From contig CASFTV010000007.1 in assembly GCA_949297765.1 (NCBI GenBank), positions 47,260 through 111,259 of the forward strand: a stretch of 64,000 nucleotides of DNA, written 5' to 3'. The first letter of the stretch is position 1. Every line of letters begins with the position of its first letter. Positions 17,930-26,699 of this stretch are shown here, piece by piece. This stretch comes from an uncultured bacterium (lineage in GTDB: Bacteria; Verrucomicrobiota; Lentisphaeria; Victivallales; UBA1829). The notes beneath the pieces are model-generated. The model saw only the letters and a list, made by a program, of their open reading frames with translations. It did no database searches and was not told the DNA's origin. The position numbers were made by a program, and so were the translations under genes.

Positions 17930-18834
17930 TCACCGGCATCGCAAGCGGCCTGATCTCGGCGTTTCTCCAGTCCGGATCGTATGTGTTTTCGCGGTGGTAC
18001 ATCAACCGGCACAAGAGTCCGTTCGAACTGCTGATTTTCTCTCAGCTGGCAATGGGGATTTTCGGTGTGCTGACTCTTCCGGCGGTCCTCGTGTTCACGC
18101 AATTTCCGCTGACGCCGCTGTTCTGGGGGATGGAGCTGATCTGTGTTGCCGCATTCATGGCGGGGCAGTTCGGATTTTTCCAGTCGCTGAAGCTGCTGGA
18201 GGCGTCACGGCTCTCGTCGCTGCTCGGGTTGAAAATCATCGTTCTTGCGCTGATCTGTCTGACGGTCATGCGCCAGCCGCTTCATCTTCTGCAGTGGCTG
18301 GCGATTGTTCTCTGCGCCGTGGGAGCGGTCGGCATGAACTTCACCGGAGGACCGATTACGCTGCGGGCCTGTCTCTTTCTGGCGTTCACGCTTGTCATGT
18401 ATGCCATCTGCGACATTCTGGAGGCGGAACTGATCTGGCGGATGCCGGCGGGCAGTCCTATCGTGAATTCGACTGCGGTTGCGGCGCTCACCTATCTGCT
18501 TCTCGGGATCACGGCGCTTCCGTTTCTGGCAAAAACCGGCTGGAACGCAGCCAAGTGCAGAGACGCCCTCCCCTATGCGGGATCCTGGTACGCCGCAATG
18601 ATCCTGATCTACCTCTGCTACAGCACGCTCGGCCCCGTTTACGGCAACATCATCCAGGCGAGCAGGGGAATCCTTTCCGTTCTGATCGGAGTGTGGCTTC
18701 TTCATCTCGGGTTCAAGGATCTTGAACCGCGCGTGGACCGGAAGGCATGGATGCGCCGTTTTCTGATGGCGATCGTGATGATTGTGGCAATGGTGCTCTA
18801 CTCCTACGCTCGAAGCCTTATGGAGGTGCCATGA
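17926..18834 (+). CDS. DMT/EamA-like 10-TM transporter
   Basis: About ten hydrophobic segments in two similar halves. ATGA overlap with the thiE stop. Confidence 0.65.
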   Translation: MITGIASGLISAFLQSGSYVFSRWYINRHKSPFELLIFSQLAMGIFGVLTLPAVLVFTQFPLTPLFWGMELICVAAFMAGQFGFFQSLKLLEASRLSSLLGLKIIVLALICLTVMRQPLHLLQWLAIVLCAVGAVGMNFTGGPITLRACLFLAFTLVMYAICDILEAELIWRMPAGSPIVNSTAVAALTYLLLGITALPFLAKTGWNAAKCRDALPYAGSWYAAMILIYLCYSTLGPVYGNIIQASRGILSVLIGVWLLHLGFKDLEPRVDRKAWMRRFLMAIVMIVAMVLYSYARSLMEVP

Positions 18835-19691
18835 ATCTGAGCGCGGCAATGCGGATTCTGGAACGGAAACACCATGCGGTGTTCAGTCTCCACATTCTCC
18901 ATCCGGTGTTTCTGGAAACGGAAGCGCTCCGTCTGACGCCCGATCAGTATCTGCATCACGGGGAATTCTGCCGTCACACCAAGATGCACGGACATCTTTC
19001 CGTCTGCACGCGGAACAAGGACCGCAGTCTTGACATTGCCCGGAGAGGACGGCCGTTCTGCGGACTCTGTCCGTTCGGGATCTGGGATTCCGCCTGTCCG
19101 GTCCTGCGCGGAGGAGAGCTTTTCGCGGTCATCTACGCGGGATCGGGCCGGCCGCAGGGACGGCGGATCGACTGGGAGGGACCGCAGCCGCCGGAGATCA
19201 CTCCGCAGAAGGCCGCCGCTCTCCGCAGGGCATGCGCCTTCCTGAACGAACTGATCCAGCTGGAAATTGATCAGAGGGAGGCGACCGTCGGATCCGGAGG
19301 GAAACAGCGGCCGCCGGATCATTACCTCCGCAACGTCCAGTTTCTGATCGACTGCCGTTTTTCCGAACCGCTGTCGCTGGAGGAGGCGGCGGAAACGCTG
19401 CGGATCACGCCGAATCATCTCGGGGAGCTCATCCGGAAACAGACCGGGAAGAACTTCCGCACGCTGCTGCTGGAGCGGCGGATCGAGGAGGCGAAAGTGT
19501 ATCTGAAACTTCATCGGAATCTTTCCGTTTCGCAGATTGCCGCGCTCTGCGGTTTTCACGACAGCAACTACTTCTCCACCTGTTTCCGCCGGATCACGAA
19601 ATGCGCCCCCAGAGCGTTCCGGGAAGAGATGGACAACCGCGGGGATTCTTCCGGATCTACGGACGGAAATTCCTCAGTCTCAACGCATTGA
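18831..19691 (+). CDS. AraC family regulator with Cys/His-rich (PocR-like) N-terminal sensor domain
   Basis: Trimmed to the ATG at 18831 ([11 protein letters not shown]; ATGA overlap with the DMT stop). N-terminal [21 protein letters not shown]...[32 protein letters not shown]-terminal [32 protein letters not shown]. Confidence 0.8.
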   Translation: MNLSAAMRILERKHHAVFSLHILHPVFLETEALRLTPDQYLHHGEFCRHTKMHGHLSVCTRNKDRSLDIARRGRPFCGLCPFGIWDSACPVLRGGELFAVIYAGSGRPQGRRIDWEGPQPPEITPQKAAALRRACAFLNELIQLEIDQREATVGSGGKQRPPDHYLRNVQFLIDCRFSEPLSLEEAAETLRITPNHLGELIRKQTGKNFRTLLLERRIEEAKVYLKLHRNLSVSQIAALCGFHDSNYFSTCFRRITKCAPRAFREEMDNRGDSSGSTDGNSSVSTH

Positions 19692-21840
19692 GGACAACGG
19701 AAATCGAACTGAACGCCATTGCCGCAGCGCAGGCGACCGGCGTCAGGCGGAATCCGCCGAACGCATAAAACACCCCCGCGGCAAGCGGAATGCAGATAAG
19801 ATTGTAGAAGAACGCCCAGCAGAGATTTTCCCGGATGATCCGCAGGGTTGCACGGCTGAGAGCGATTGCGGCGGGAACGTCGGTCAGGGAGCTGTGCATC
19901 AGGACCATGTCGGCGGACTCCACAGCGACGTCCGTTCCGGAACCGATCGCAATGCCGACATCGGCCTGAGCAAGAGCGGGGGCATCGTTGATTCCATCCC
20001 CGACCATCGCCACGGGTCCCTCCTTCTGAAGGCGTTGTATCATCTCCGTTTTTCCGGCGGGCAGAAGTTCCGCGCAGACCTCATCAAATCCGAGCGGAGA
20101 GGCGATTGCATTCGCGGCGACCGCATTGTCTCCGGTCAGCATCACGGTCCGCAGCCCCATCTCCCGCAGACGCCGGATCGCCTCTGCGGAATCGGGTTTT
20201 ACCGCGTCGGCGATTCCGATCACGCCGGTCAGCCGTCCGTCGACGGCCGCGTACACCAGCGAATTCGACGCCGCGCCGCCGGCCTGGAGACCGGAGCAGT
20301 CCACGCCGTTCTCCTTCATCAGAGCGGCCTTCCCGACCAGGATCCGGCGTCCGTCCGCCCTACACGAGACACCGGAACCGGCAATCGCGCGGAACGAGGT
20401 CACGGGAAACAGAGCAAGATTCCGTTTTTCCGCCTCCCGGACAATCGCTCCCGCCAGCGGATGTTCCGAATTTTTCTCTGCGGATGCGGCAATGCGCAGC
20501 AGATCCGTCTCGTTTCCTTCCGGATCTGCGAGTGTGACGGATGCCACTTCCGGACGACCGGTCGTCACCGTTCCGGTCTTGTCCAGCACCACGGTCCGGA
20601 GCGAAGCGGCCGTCTCAAGAGCGCTTCCGTTTTTCACGAGGATTCCAAGACCGGCGCCGCGTCCGATGCCGGCGATCAGGGCAATCGGCGTTGCCAGTCC
20701 GAGTGCGCACGGACAGGCGACCACCAGAACCGAAAGCGAAAATCCCAGAGCCTCCGCAAACCCGCTGCCGGACACAAACCACGCCAGAAACGTCAGGACC
20801 GCAATGGTAATCACGCCCCAGACGAAATATCCGGAGACAAGATCGGCAAGCCGGGCGATCGGCGGACGGGTTCCCTGCGCCTCCCGGATCAGGGCGATGA
20901 TCCGTCCGAGCGCGGTATTTTCCCCGACCTCGCCGGCCTGGAAAAGAAAGGTTCCGTCGCGATTGATGGAGCCGCCGGTCACGGAGTCGCCGACGCCCTT
21001 GTCCACCGGAATGGGTTCCCCGGTCAGCATGGATTCGTCCACGGACGCGACCCCTTCGACAATCACGCCGTCCACCGGAACTTTTCCGCCCGGGCGGACC
21101 CGGATCCGGTCGCCGACCTTCAAATCCGCCGCGGGGACCTCCTTTTCAGAGCCGTCAACGACAAGTGTCGCAGTCGCAGGAGCCAGATCCATCAGCTCGC
21201 GGATCGCCCCGGACGCCCGGCGGCGGGACTGCGATTCCAGATATTTCCCGAGCATAATCAGCGAGAGAATCATTCCCGCCGAATCAAAATAAAGATGTTC
21301 CGTATGTCCTTCCGCCATCCGGAACAGACTGTACACCAGCGCCGCCGTCGTACAGAGTGCAATCAGGGAATCCATGTTCGGTGCAAGGCGGGCCAGCGCC
21401 CGGTATCCGGAACGGTAGAAATGCCATCCCGCCGCAAGGACCGGAAGTGTCAGCCCCAGCTGTATCCACGCATTTGCTCCATGGGAAATGGGAAAATAGG
21501 GAAGTTTCAGCAGATCGTGCATCGCCGCATAGCAGAGCAGAAGAGAAAATACCAGGGCCACGGCAAAGCGGAAGAAATATGCGCGGGTCCCCTCTTCGCT
21601 CTCCACCACCCGTCCCGAGGCAGTTCCGCTGACCGCTTCCGCCTCGAATCCCGCTTTCCGAACCGCTTCGAGAATCTCCTCGACGGACGCTCCTCCGGGA
21701 GCCAGATTCAGCGTCATCGTATTGGACGCAATCGACACACAAACCTCCGACACTCCCGGAATCCTCTTCACCGCACGTTCCACGCCCGCAGCACATCCCG
21801 CGCAGCGCATTCCTTTGATATTGAACAGTTTTTTTTCCAT
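19657..21840 (-). CDS. copA: Copper-translocating P1B-type ATPase
   Basis: Trimmed to the ATG at 21840 ([21 protein letters not shown], an HMA domain). Also has CPC ([11 protein letters not shown]), DKTGTVT and [10 protein letters not shown]. Confidence 0.9.
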   Translation of the reverse strand: MEKKLFNIKGMRCAGCAAGVERAVKRIPGVSEVCVSIASNTMTLNLAPGGASVEEILEAVRKAGFEAEAVSGTASGRVVESEEGTRAYFFRFAVALVFSLLLCYAAMHDLLKLPYFPISHGANAWIQLGLTLPVLAAGWHFYRSGYRALARLAPNMDSLIALCTTAALVYSLFRMAEGHTEHLYFDSAGMILSLIMLGKYLESQSRRRASGAIRELMDLAPATATLVVDGSEKEVPAADLKVGDRIRVRPGGKVPVDGVIVEGVASVDESMLTGEPIPVDKGVGDSVTGGSINRDGTFLFQAGEVGENTALGRIIALIREAQGTRPPIARLADLVSGYFVWGVITIAVLTFLAWFVSGSGFAEALGFSLSVLVVACPCALGLATPIALIAGIGRGAGLGILVKNGSALETAASLRTVVLDKTGTVTTGRPEVASVTLADPEGNETDLLRIAASAEKNSEHPLAGAIVREAEKRNLALFPVTSFRAIAGSGVSCRADGRRILVGKAALMKENGVDCSGLQAGGAASNSLVYAAVDGRLTGVIGIADAVKPDSAEAIRRLREMGLRTVMLTGDNAVAANAIASPLGFDEVCAELLPAGKTEMIQRLQKEGPVAMVGDGINDAPALAQADVGIAIGSGTDVAVESADMVLMHSSLTDVPAAIALSRATLRIIRENLCWAFFYNLICIPLAAGVFYAFGGFRLTPVACAAAMAFSSISVVLNALRLRNFRP

Positions 21841-22041
21841 ACTGAAGACTTTTCCCCGTCTTATTTGTTTTATTAATATATCATGAAATTTCCTGTTTTT
21901 CAATACAAATCCATTTTTTAGGCGCTTCTAAAACAGGAAGGGAGAGTTTTCTGAAATGCCTCTGTTTCCGGCACGTTCCGGCAGAAGGCTCCGGCGTGTG
22001 CGGGATGGGACAGTCCGGCATTCCGCATCAACCCGCCGCCG

Positions 22042-22905
22042 TCAAAGCAGAAAAGGGATCGCTCCGGGGCCGCGGCGATCCAGATCTCCCGAAGCCAGTT
22101 CCATATTCAGCTCGTGCAGAATCCCTTCCCGGTCCTTCGGGAAACGTCCGGCCAGCGGAAGCGGATTCGACGCATGGTTCGCCCGGAAAACAGTCCGGTC
22201 CAGCTCCAGGCGCGCCACGATCTCCCGCAGTTCCTCCACCGCTTCATATTCCGTAACAGGGGTGTATCCGGATGGAAACGGAAGCCCGGGAATCGGGATG
22301 AAGCGAAGGGCCGAAAGCAGATCCGGCTGCATCCGGTTCAAAGCCTCGGCGGTCTGTTCGATGTGCTCCTTTCGAAGCTCCTTTCCGCCCAGTCCGGTCA
22401 GAATCATGACCGAAGATTTCAGCCCCGCATCCCGGAGCAGTCTTACCGCCCGGACCATCCCTTCAACCTGTTCCGTTTTTCCGAACCGGTCCAGGACGTT
22501 CTGGGAGCCGCTCTCCAGCCCCATATAGAGGGTGTGAAGGCGGAGGTTTTTCAACTCCGCCAGCTCCGCCGGGCCTTTCGCCAGAATCGAGCTGCCGTTC
22601 GCATAGGAATTGATCCGGGCAAGACGCGGAAATGCGGCATTCAGCTCCCGCAGGATTTCCTTCAACCGATCCGCCGGAAGATACAGGACATCGCCGTCCG
22701 CCAGGAAAATCCGTCCGGTCGAGGGAAACTCGCGGCCGGCTTCCCGGATCTCCGCAGAAAACTCCTCCGGATCACGGAGTTCATAGCGGACTCCTTTGTA
22801 CATCCCGCAGAAGCGGCAGGAATTGTGCGGGCAGCCGAAAGCCACTTGAAAAATCAGGCTCTCCGCCTCGGCAGGCGGGCGAAACAGAGGTTCTCTCAAT
22901 TTCAT
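22042..22905 (-). CDS. Radical SAM domain protein, unassigned subfamily
   Basis: RPPAEAESLIFQVAFGCPHNSCRFCGMY near the N-terminus, a Cys triad with C-x4-C-x2-C spacing as read. TIM-barrel-like remainder (GLESGSQ). Confidence 0.75.
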   Translation of the reverse strand: MKLREPLFRPPAEAESLIFQVAFGCPHNSCRFCGMYKGVRYELRDPEEFSAEIREAGREFPSTGRIFLADGDVLYLPADRLKEILRELNAAFPRLARINSYANGSSILAKGPAELAELKNLRLHTLYMGLESGSQNVLDRFGKTEQVEGMVRAVRLLRDAGLKSSVMILTGLGGKELRKEHIEQTAEALNRMQPDLLSALRFIPIPGLPFPSGYTPVTEYEAVEELREIVARLELDRTVFRANHASNPLPLAGRFPKDREGILHELNMELASGDLDRRGPGAIPFLL

Positions 22906-22981
22906 CGGGGATCTGGTCCTTTCTCCGGGTTGGGGTTGTTTTTACTATAGCCCCGGTTATGGGATATGGCAAGGGGGCGGT

Positions 22982-23078
22982 CGGGAGAGTTTCGTGCTCC
23001 GCACGACCAGCGTTTCGCCGCTGGACCGCGACAAGGACAGAGTCCTTGACCCGGGAAAACCGCGGGTGCGGTTTCCCC
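22982..23078 (+). repeat. Multi-hairpin repeat element, copy A
   Basis: GAGTTTCG-[CGTGC TCC GCACG]-A-[CCAGCG ... CGCTGG]-ACCGCGA-[CAAGGAC AGA GTCCTTG]-...-[GGGAAAACCGC GGGT GCGGTTTCCCC]. Same architecture as the copies at 30173 and 31282, with compensatory stem changes. Confidence 0.65.
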
Positions 23079-23309
23079 GTATCGGAGGGGGGATGTTTAA
23101 AAATGAGTTTTTTTTCGGAAAAGGGATTGCAAATATCAGGACGGGGGGTAAAGTACTCCTTAGAAAGGCATTTTTCGCCGAAAACCCCTAAAGGCTGTGA
23201 ACGTTAGGATTGTCAGACAAGTTTGAATGAACGCTGCAGGAACGATCAGCAGACTCAAAACGGACCCAACTGAAAAAACCAACACTCAACCGGAAGCCTG
23301 ATTCACATC

Positions 23310-25127
23310 ATGAACAACAAAGACCTGACGCATTTTAAACAACTGTATCAATTCGTCAAACCGTACAAGAGCATGCTGGAGATCTGTATTATTTTTCATA
23401 TCTGCAGCACCTGTCTCGGACTGCTGATGCCGCTGGTGCTGAAGATCATCATCGACAAGGCGCTGGGCGGATCGGATCTTCGATTGCTGTTTGTTCTTCT
23501 CGGAGCGGTCATTGTGCTGTACTGGGTCCGGGCGTTTTTCTTTTACACGAGCAATTATTTTACGCATTATCCGATTCAGCGGATGCTGTTTGATCTGCGG
23601 GTGAAGCTGTTCAAGCATCTTCAGAGTCTTTCGCTGCGGTTTTATCAGGAGTACCGGACAGGAAAACTGATTTCCAATATTCTGACGGATGTGGCGGCGC
23701 TGCAGGCGATGATCTCCACCGTGATCGTGGGAATGGCCTCCAGCATGTTCCAGCTGCTGTTTGTGGGAGTGATGCTGGTGTTTCTGAGTCCGACTCTTTC
23801 GCTGATCTGTCTGTTTGTGCTCCCGGTGGTGTACTTTGTGTTTTCGTCGTTCCGGAAGATGCTCAAGCAGCGTTCCCAGATGCTGCGGGAACACATGTCG
23901 GAGGTGTCGGCGAATCTGGCGGAGGTCATCAACGGGATCAAGGTGGTGAAATCGTTCGGGAAGGAGCGGTCGGAAAACCGGATGTTCATGGAGCGTCTGA
24001 AACCGACCTTCGATATGTCGCTGACGCTGTCGATGCGGTCGATCGCGCTGACGATTGTCATGGATCAGCTTTCGATCTACACGCTGGTGGCGGTCCTCGG
24101 AGTGGGAGGATATCTGGTGTCGATCGGACGGATGACGATCGGAGAACTGGTCGCGTTCTATACTTATATTCAGATGTTTTTCAATCCCGTCGCGACCATG
24201 ACAAACTTCGCGCCCGCGATCAGCGAAGGTGCGGTCAGCGCGGACCGGCTGCTGAAACTTATGGATACTATGCCGGAGATCAAGGAGAAGGAAAATCCGG
24301 TCCGGCTCGGCCATGCGCGCGGCGAGGTCCGCTTTGAGAATGTCTGCTTCCACTACCAGCCGAACAAACCGATTCTGCAGGATTTCTCGCTGGACATCCA
24401 GCCGGGACTGAAGGTGGCGCTGGTCGGGCCGTCCGGTTCGGGAAAATCGACCATCGCAAGTCTTCTGATGCGCTTCTTCGACGTCACACGCGGACACATT
24501 CTGCTGGACGGCGTGGATATCCGCGATCTCAGCATCAACTCTCTCCGCAGCAACATCGGCATTGTTCTTCAGGAGTCGTTCCTCTTCAGCGGAACCATTG
24601 AGGAGAACATCCGGTACGGAAAGGACAACACGTCGTTCGAAGAGATTGTCGAAGCGGCAAAAATGGCGAATGCGTATGAATTCATCCGGGATCTGCCGAA
24701 CGGATTCAAATCGGAGGTTGGAGAAAACGGCGTCTCGCTCTCCGGGGGACAGAAGCAGCGCATTGCAATCGCGCGGACCGTTCTGCACAATCCCTCGGTC
24801 CTGATCCTCGACGAGGCGACCAGCGCGCTGGACACCATTTCCGAAGCGGTCGTTCAGCACGCGCTGGACAAACTGATGGCGGGACGGACCACGATCATTA
24901 TTGCGCACCGTCTTTCCACGGTCCGCAACGCGGATTTGATCGTCGTGCTCAAAGACGGCAGGATTGTTCAGACCGGGCAGCATGAACAGCTGCTTTGTCA
25001 GGACGGTCCCTACCGGACGCTCTATGCCATGCAGCTCAAAGAGCAGCATGATCCCGATGAGGCGCAGAACTATCAGGCGGGCCGATTCGCATCCACCGGA
25101 ACCAATCAGGAGGCTTCCCAATTATGA
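23310..25127 (+). CDS. ABC exporter, fused permease/ATPase (MsbA/type-1 exporter fold)
   Basis: Six N-terminal TMs. Walker A GPSGSGKST, signature LSGGQKQRIAIAR and Walker B LILDEATSALD. No N-terminal C39 peptidase domain. Confidence 0.9.
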   Translation: MNNKDLTHFKQLYQFVKPYKSMLEICIIFHICSTCLGLLMPLVLKIIIDKALGGSDLRLLFVLLGAVIVLYWVRAFFFYTSNYFTHYPIQRMLFDLRVKLFKHLQSLSLRFYQEYRTGKLISNILTDVAALQAMISTVIVGMASSMFQLLFVGVMLVFLSPTLSLICLFVLPVVYFVFSSFRKMLKQRSQMLREHMSEVSANLAEVINGIKVVKSFGKERSENRMFMERLKPTFDMSLTLSMRSIALTIVMDQLSIYTLVAVLGVGGYLVSIGRMTIGELVAFYTYIQMFFNPVATMTNFAPAISEGAVSADRLLKLMDTMPEIKEKENPVRLGHARGEVRFENVCFHYQPNKPILQDFSLDIQPGLKVALVGPSGSGKSTIASLLMRFFDVTRGHILLDGVDIRDLSINSLRSNIGIVLQESFLFSGTIEENIRYGKDNTSFEEIVEAAKMANAYEFIRDLPNGFKSEVGENGVSLSGGQKQRIAIARTVLHNPSVLILDEATSALDTISEAVVQHALDKLMAGRTTIIIAHRLSTVRNADLIVVLKDGRIVQTGQHEQLLCQDGPYRTLYAMQLKEQHDPDEAQNYQAGRFASTGTNQEASQL

Positions 25128-26230
25128 TGAATCCCTCCCAGACCTACAATCACAAACCGGATTTCCGCGGGAAACTGCATCTGTTCACGGTTATCGGATT
25201 TTTCCTGGCATTTCTTCTGTTTTCCGGGGTGGCGTCCCTGTTTCTGTTTGAAATTGAGGATGTGATCTATTCCGACGGGAAAATCACTTCGGAACTTCCC
25301 GTGGAAGTGGTCAGCCACATGGACGGGCGGATCCTCAAGCTGAACGTGGATGAGGGAGACGACATCCGGAAAGGCGACATCATCGCCCTTATCGACGCGA
25401 CTCCCTATGAAGAAGAACTTTCGTCGATTCAGTCCTCCATTCACGAACTGGAAGCGGAGCTGGAGGTCAAGAAGGCGGAGCTGGAAACCCTGAAAGCCAA
25501 TCCGCTCCCGAAGGAACTCTGGTATGCCGAAACCAATCTCAAGGAGTGCCGCGACCGTCTGAAACGGACCTCCAGCCGTCTGGAACGTCTCGAAAGCCTC
25601 CGCGACAAACACGCAATCTCCCAGCACGAATATGAGAACGCCGAAATTGAATACATCAAAAACGTGGCGGAAGTGGAACGGGCAAAAGAAAATCTGGAGA
25701 TGGTCCGCAGCGGACTCGGCAACAAAACCATCGAAAAGGCCCGGCGGGATGTGGATCTTGTCCAGGCGAAAATCGACGGAAAACGGGCTTCCGCGGCGTT
25801 TGCAAAACGGTATATTGAAGACAGCAAACTGGTTTCGCAGGTCAACGGACGCGTCCTCACCCTTCCCTGCAAATACACCATGTATGTGGAAAAAGGAAAA
25901 GTTGCGGCCAATCTCTCTTCAGGGAATCTCATCAAGGGACTGGCCTATGTGAATGAAGGCTTGGTCCGCAAGGTCCGTTCCGGGCAGACCGTCCGGATTT
26001 CCAGCGAGGTCTTCAACCGCCTGGAATACGGAATCTTCCTCGGCCGCGTGGACCGCGTCTATGACACGCCGATCGAAGACCCCAAAACCGGTATGGCGAA
26101 GTATCCCGTCCTCATTACGATTGATCCGCAGGGACGGCCCCTCAAACTTGGGTCGAGTGCAAAATTCGCGATCGTCGCGGGATACGAACCGGTGCTGTAT
26201 TCGATCTTCGGGCTCTCGAAGGAAAAATAA
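25124..26230 (+). CDS. HlyD-family membrane fusion protein
   Basis: N-terminal TM, a lipoyl-like hairpin (GRILKLNVDEGDDIRKGDIIALID), a long coiled coil and a beta-barrel C-terminus. ATGA overlap with the ABC stop. Confidence 0.85.
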   Translation: MMNPSQTYNHKPDFRGKLHLFTVIGFFLAFLLFSGVASLFLFEIEDVIYSDGKITSELPVEVVSHMDGRILKLNVDEGDDIRKGDIIALIDATPYEEELSSIQSSIHELEAELEVKKAELETLKANPLPKELWYAETNLKECRDRLKRTSSRLERLESLRDKHAISQHEYENAEIEYIKNVAEVERAKENLEMVRSGLGNKTIEKARRDVDLVQAKIDGKRASAAFAKRYIEDSKLVSQVNGRVLTLPCKYTMYVEKGKVAANLSSGNLIKGLAYVNEGLVRKVRSGQTVRISSEVFNRLEYGIFLGRVDRVYDTPIEDPKTGMAKYPVLITIDPQGRPLKLGSSAKFAIVAGYEPVLYSIFGLSKEK

Positions 26231-26266
26231 GATCTCCGGCGGAAAACGGGTGTCGTCTTTTCCGGA

Positions 26267-26473
26267 TCATGCCTCCGCATCCGGGGATTTTTCTCCCGGG
26301 CCGATGGTCTCCCGGATCGCTGCGCGGACTTCGTCCTCGTCATGGAACTCCCGTTCCGCGGCGTTGTGCGCCCATTGCGTGCAGTTCTCCCAGACCGTGT
26401 GATCCATTTCCATGTCGGCCGCGGCAAACTCCTCCGCGAACAGTTCCGCCAGCCGATCCAGAGAAAATTTCAT
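26267..26473 (-). CDS. Small acidic hypothetical protein (68 aa)
   Basis: ATG preceded by an AGGAAGGGGG SD-like run. GC3-rich codons like neighbouring genes. MKFSLDRLAELFAEEFAAADMEMDHTVWENCTQWAHNAAEREFHDEDEV... No family recognised. Confidence 0.5.
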   Translation of the reverse strand: MKFSLDRLAELFAEEFAAADMEMDHTVWENCTQWAHNAAEREFHDEDEVRAAIRETIGPGEKSPDAEA

Positions 26474-26614
26474 ACAATCCCCCTTCCTCTTTTCATGTTT
26501 TCATATCGGTTCCGAACGGGAAAATCCGTCCGGGGGATACCATACACGGTCTACGGAAAGAGTCAAGCGGAAACCGGAATTCCGTTTTTTTTTAAAAAAT
26601 CACGATTTCTCTTC

Positions 26615-26643
26615 TTGACAACAGCATGTTTGAGATGTATTAT
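26615..26643 (+). promoter_or_regulatory. Near-consensus sigma70-type promoter of the GH5 operon
   Basis: TTGACA (26615-26620), a 17-nt spacer, then TATTAT (26638-26643). Preceded by a T9A6 A/T tract (UP-like). Confidence 0.55.
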
Positions 26644-26666
26644 TGAACATGTTTGAGATGTATTAT
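26625..26666 (+). repeat. Tandem direct repeat, 2 x 19 bp CATGTTTGAGATGTATTAT separated by TGAA
   Basis: Read directly: copy 1 at 26625-26643 and copy 2 at 26648-26666. Copy 1 contains the -10 box. Confidence 0.9.
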
Positions 26667-26699
26667 AACTTTTTCAGTTCAACAAGGAGAAAGAGCACC

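Noticed and set aside
19537-21876. 779-aa plus-strand ORF opposite copA. Similar full-length mirrors occur at 23286..25121, 26679..28298, 46717..48003, 49446..50714, 51516..52958, 54588..55883, 56156..57907, 58568..59656 and 61696..62949.
   Set aside because: The four I checked (opposite copA, the ABC exporter, GH5 and the permease) are all in the codon-aligned antisense frame of genes with unambiguous family motifs. Their translations are low-complexity and R/G/P/H-rich. I treat them as shadow ORFs, not overlapping genes.
22994-23191. 65-aa ORF (MLRTTSVSPLDRDKDRVLDPGKPRVRF...) upstream of the ABC exporter, considered as a possible exported peptide or RiPP precursor for the radical SAM + ABC/HlyD genes.
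   Set aside because: It lies on repeat copy A. The corresponding frames in copies B and C are not conserved as protein, while the stems co-vary. The exporter has no C39 peptidase domain, and the radical SAM gene is divergent and lacks a SPASM/RRE-like extension. The RiPP-cluster idea is therefore not supported.
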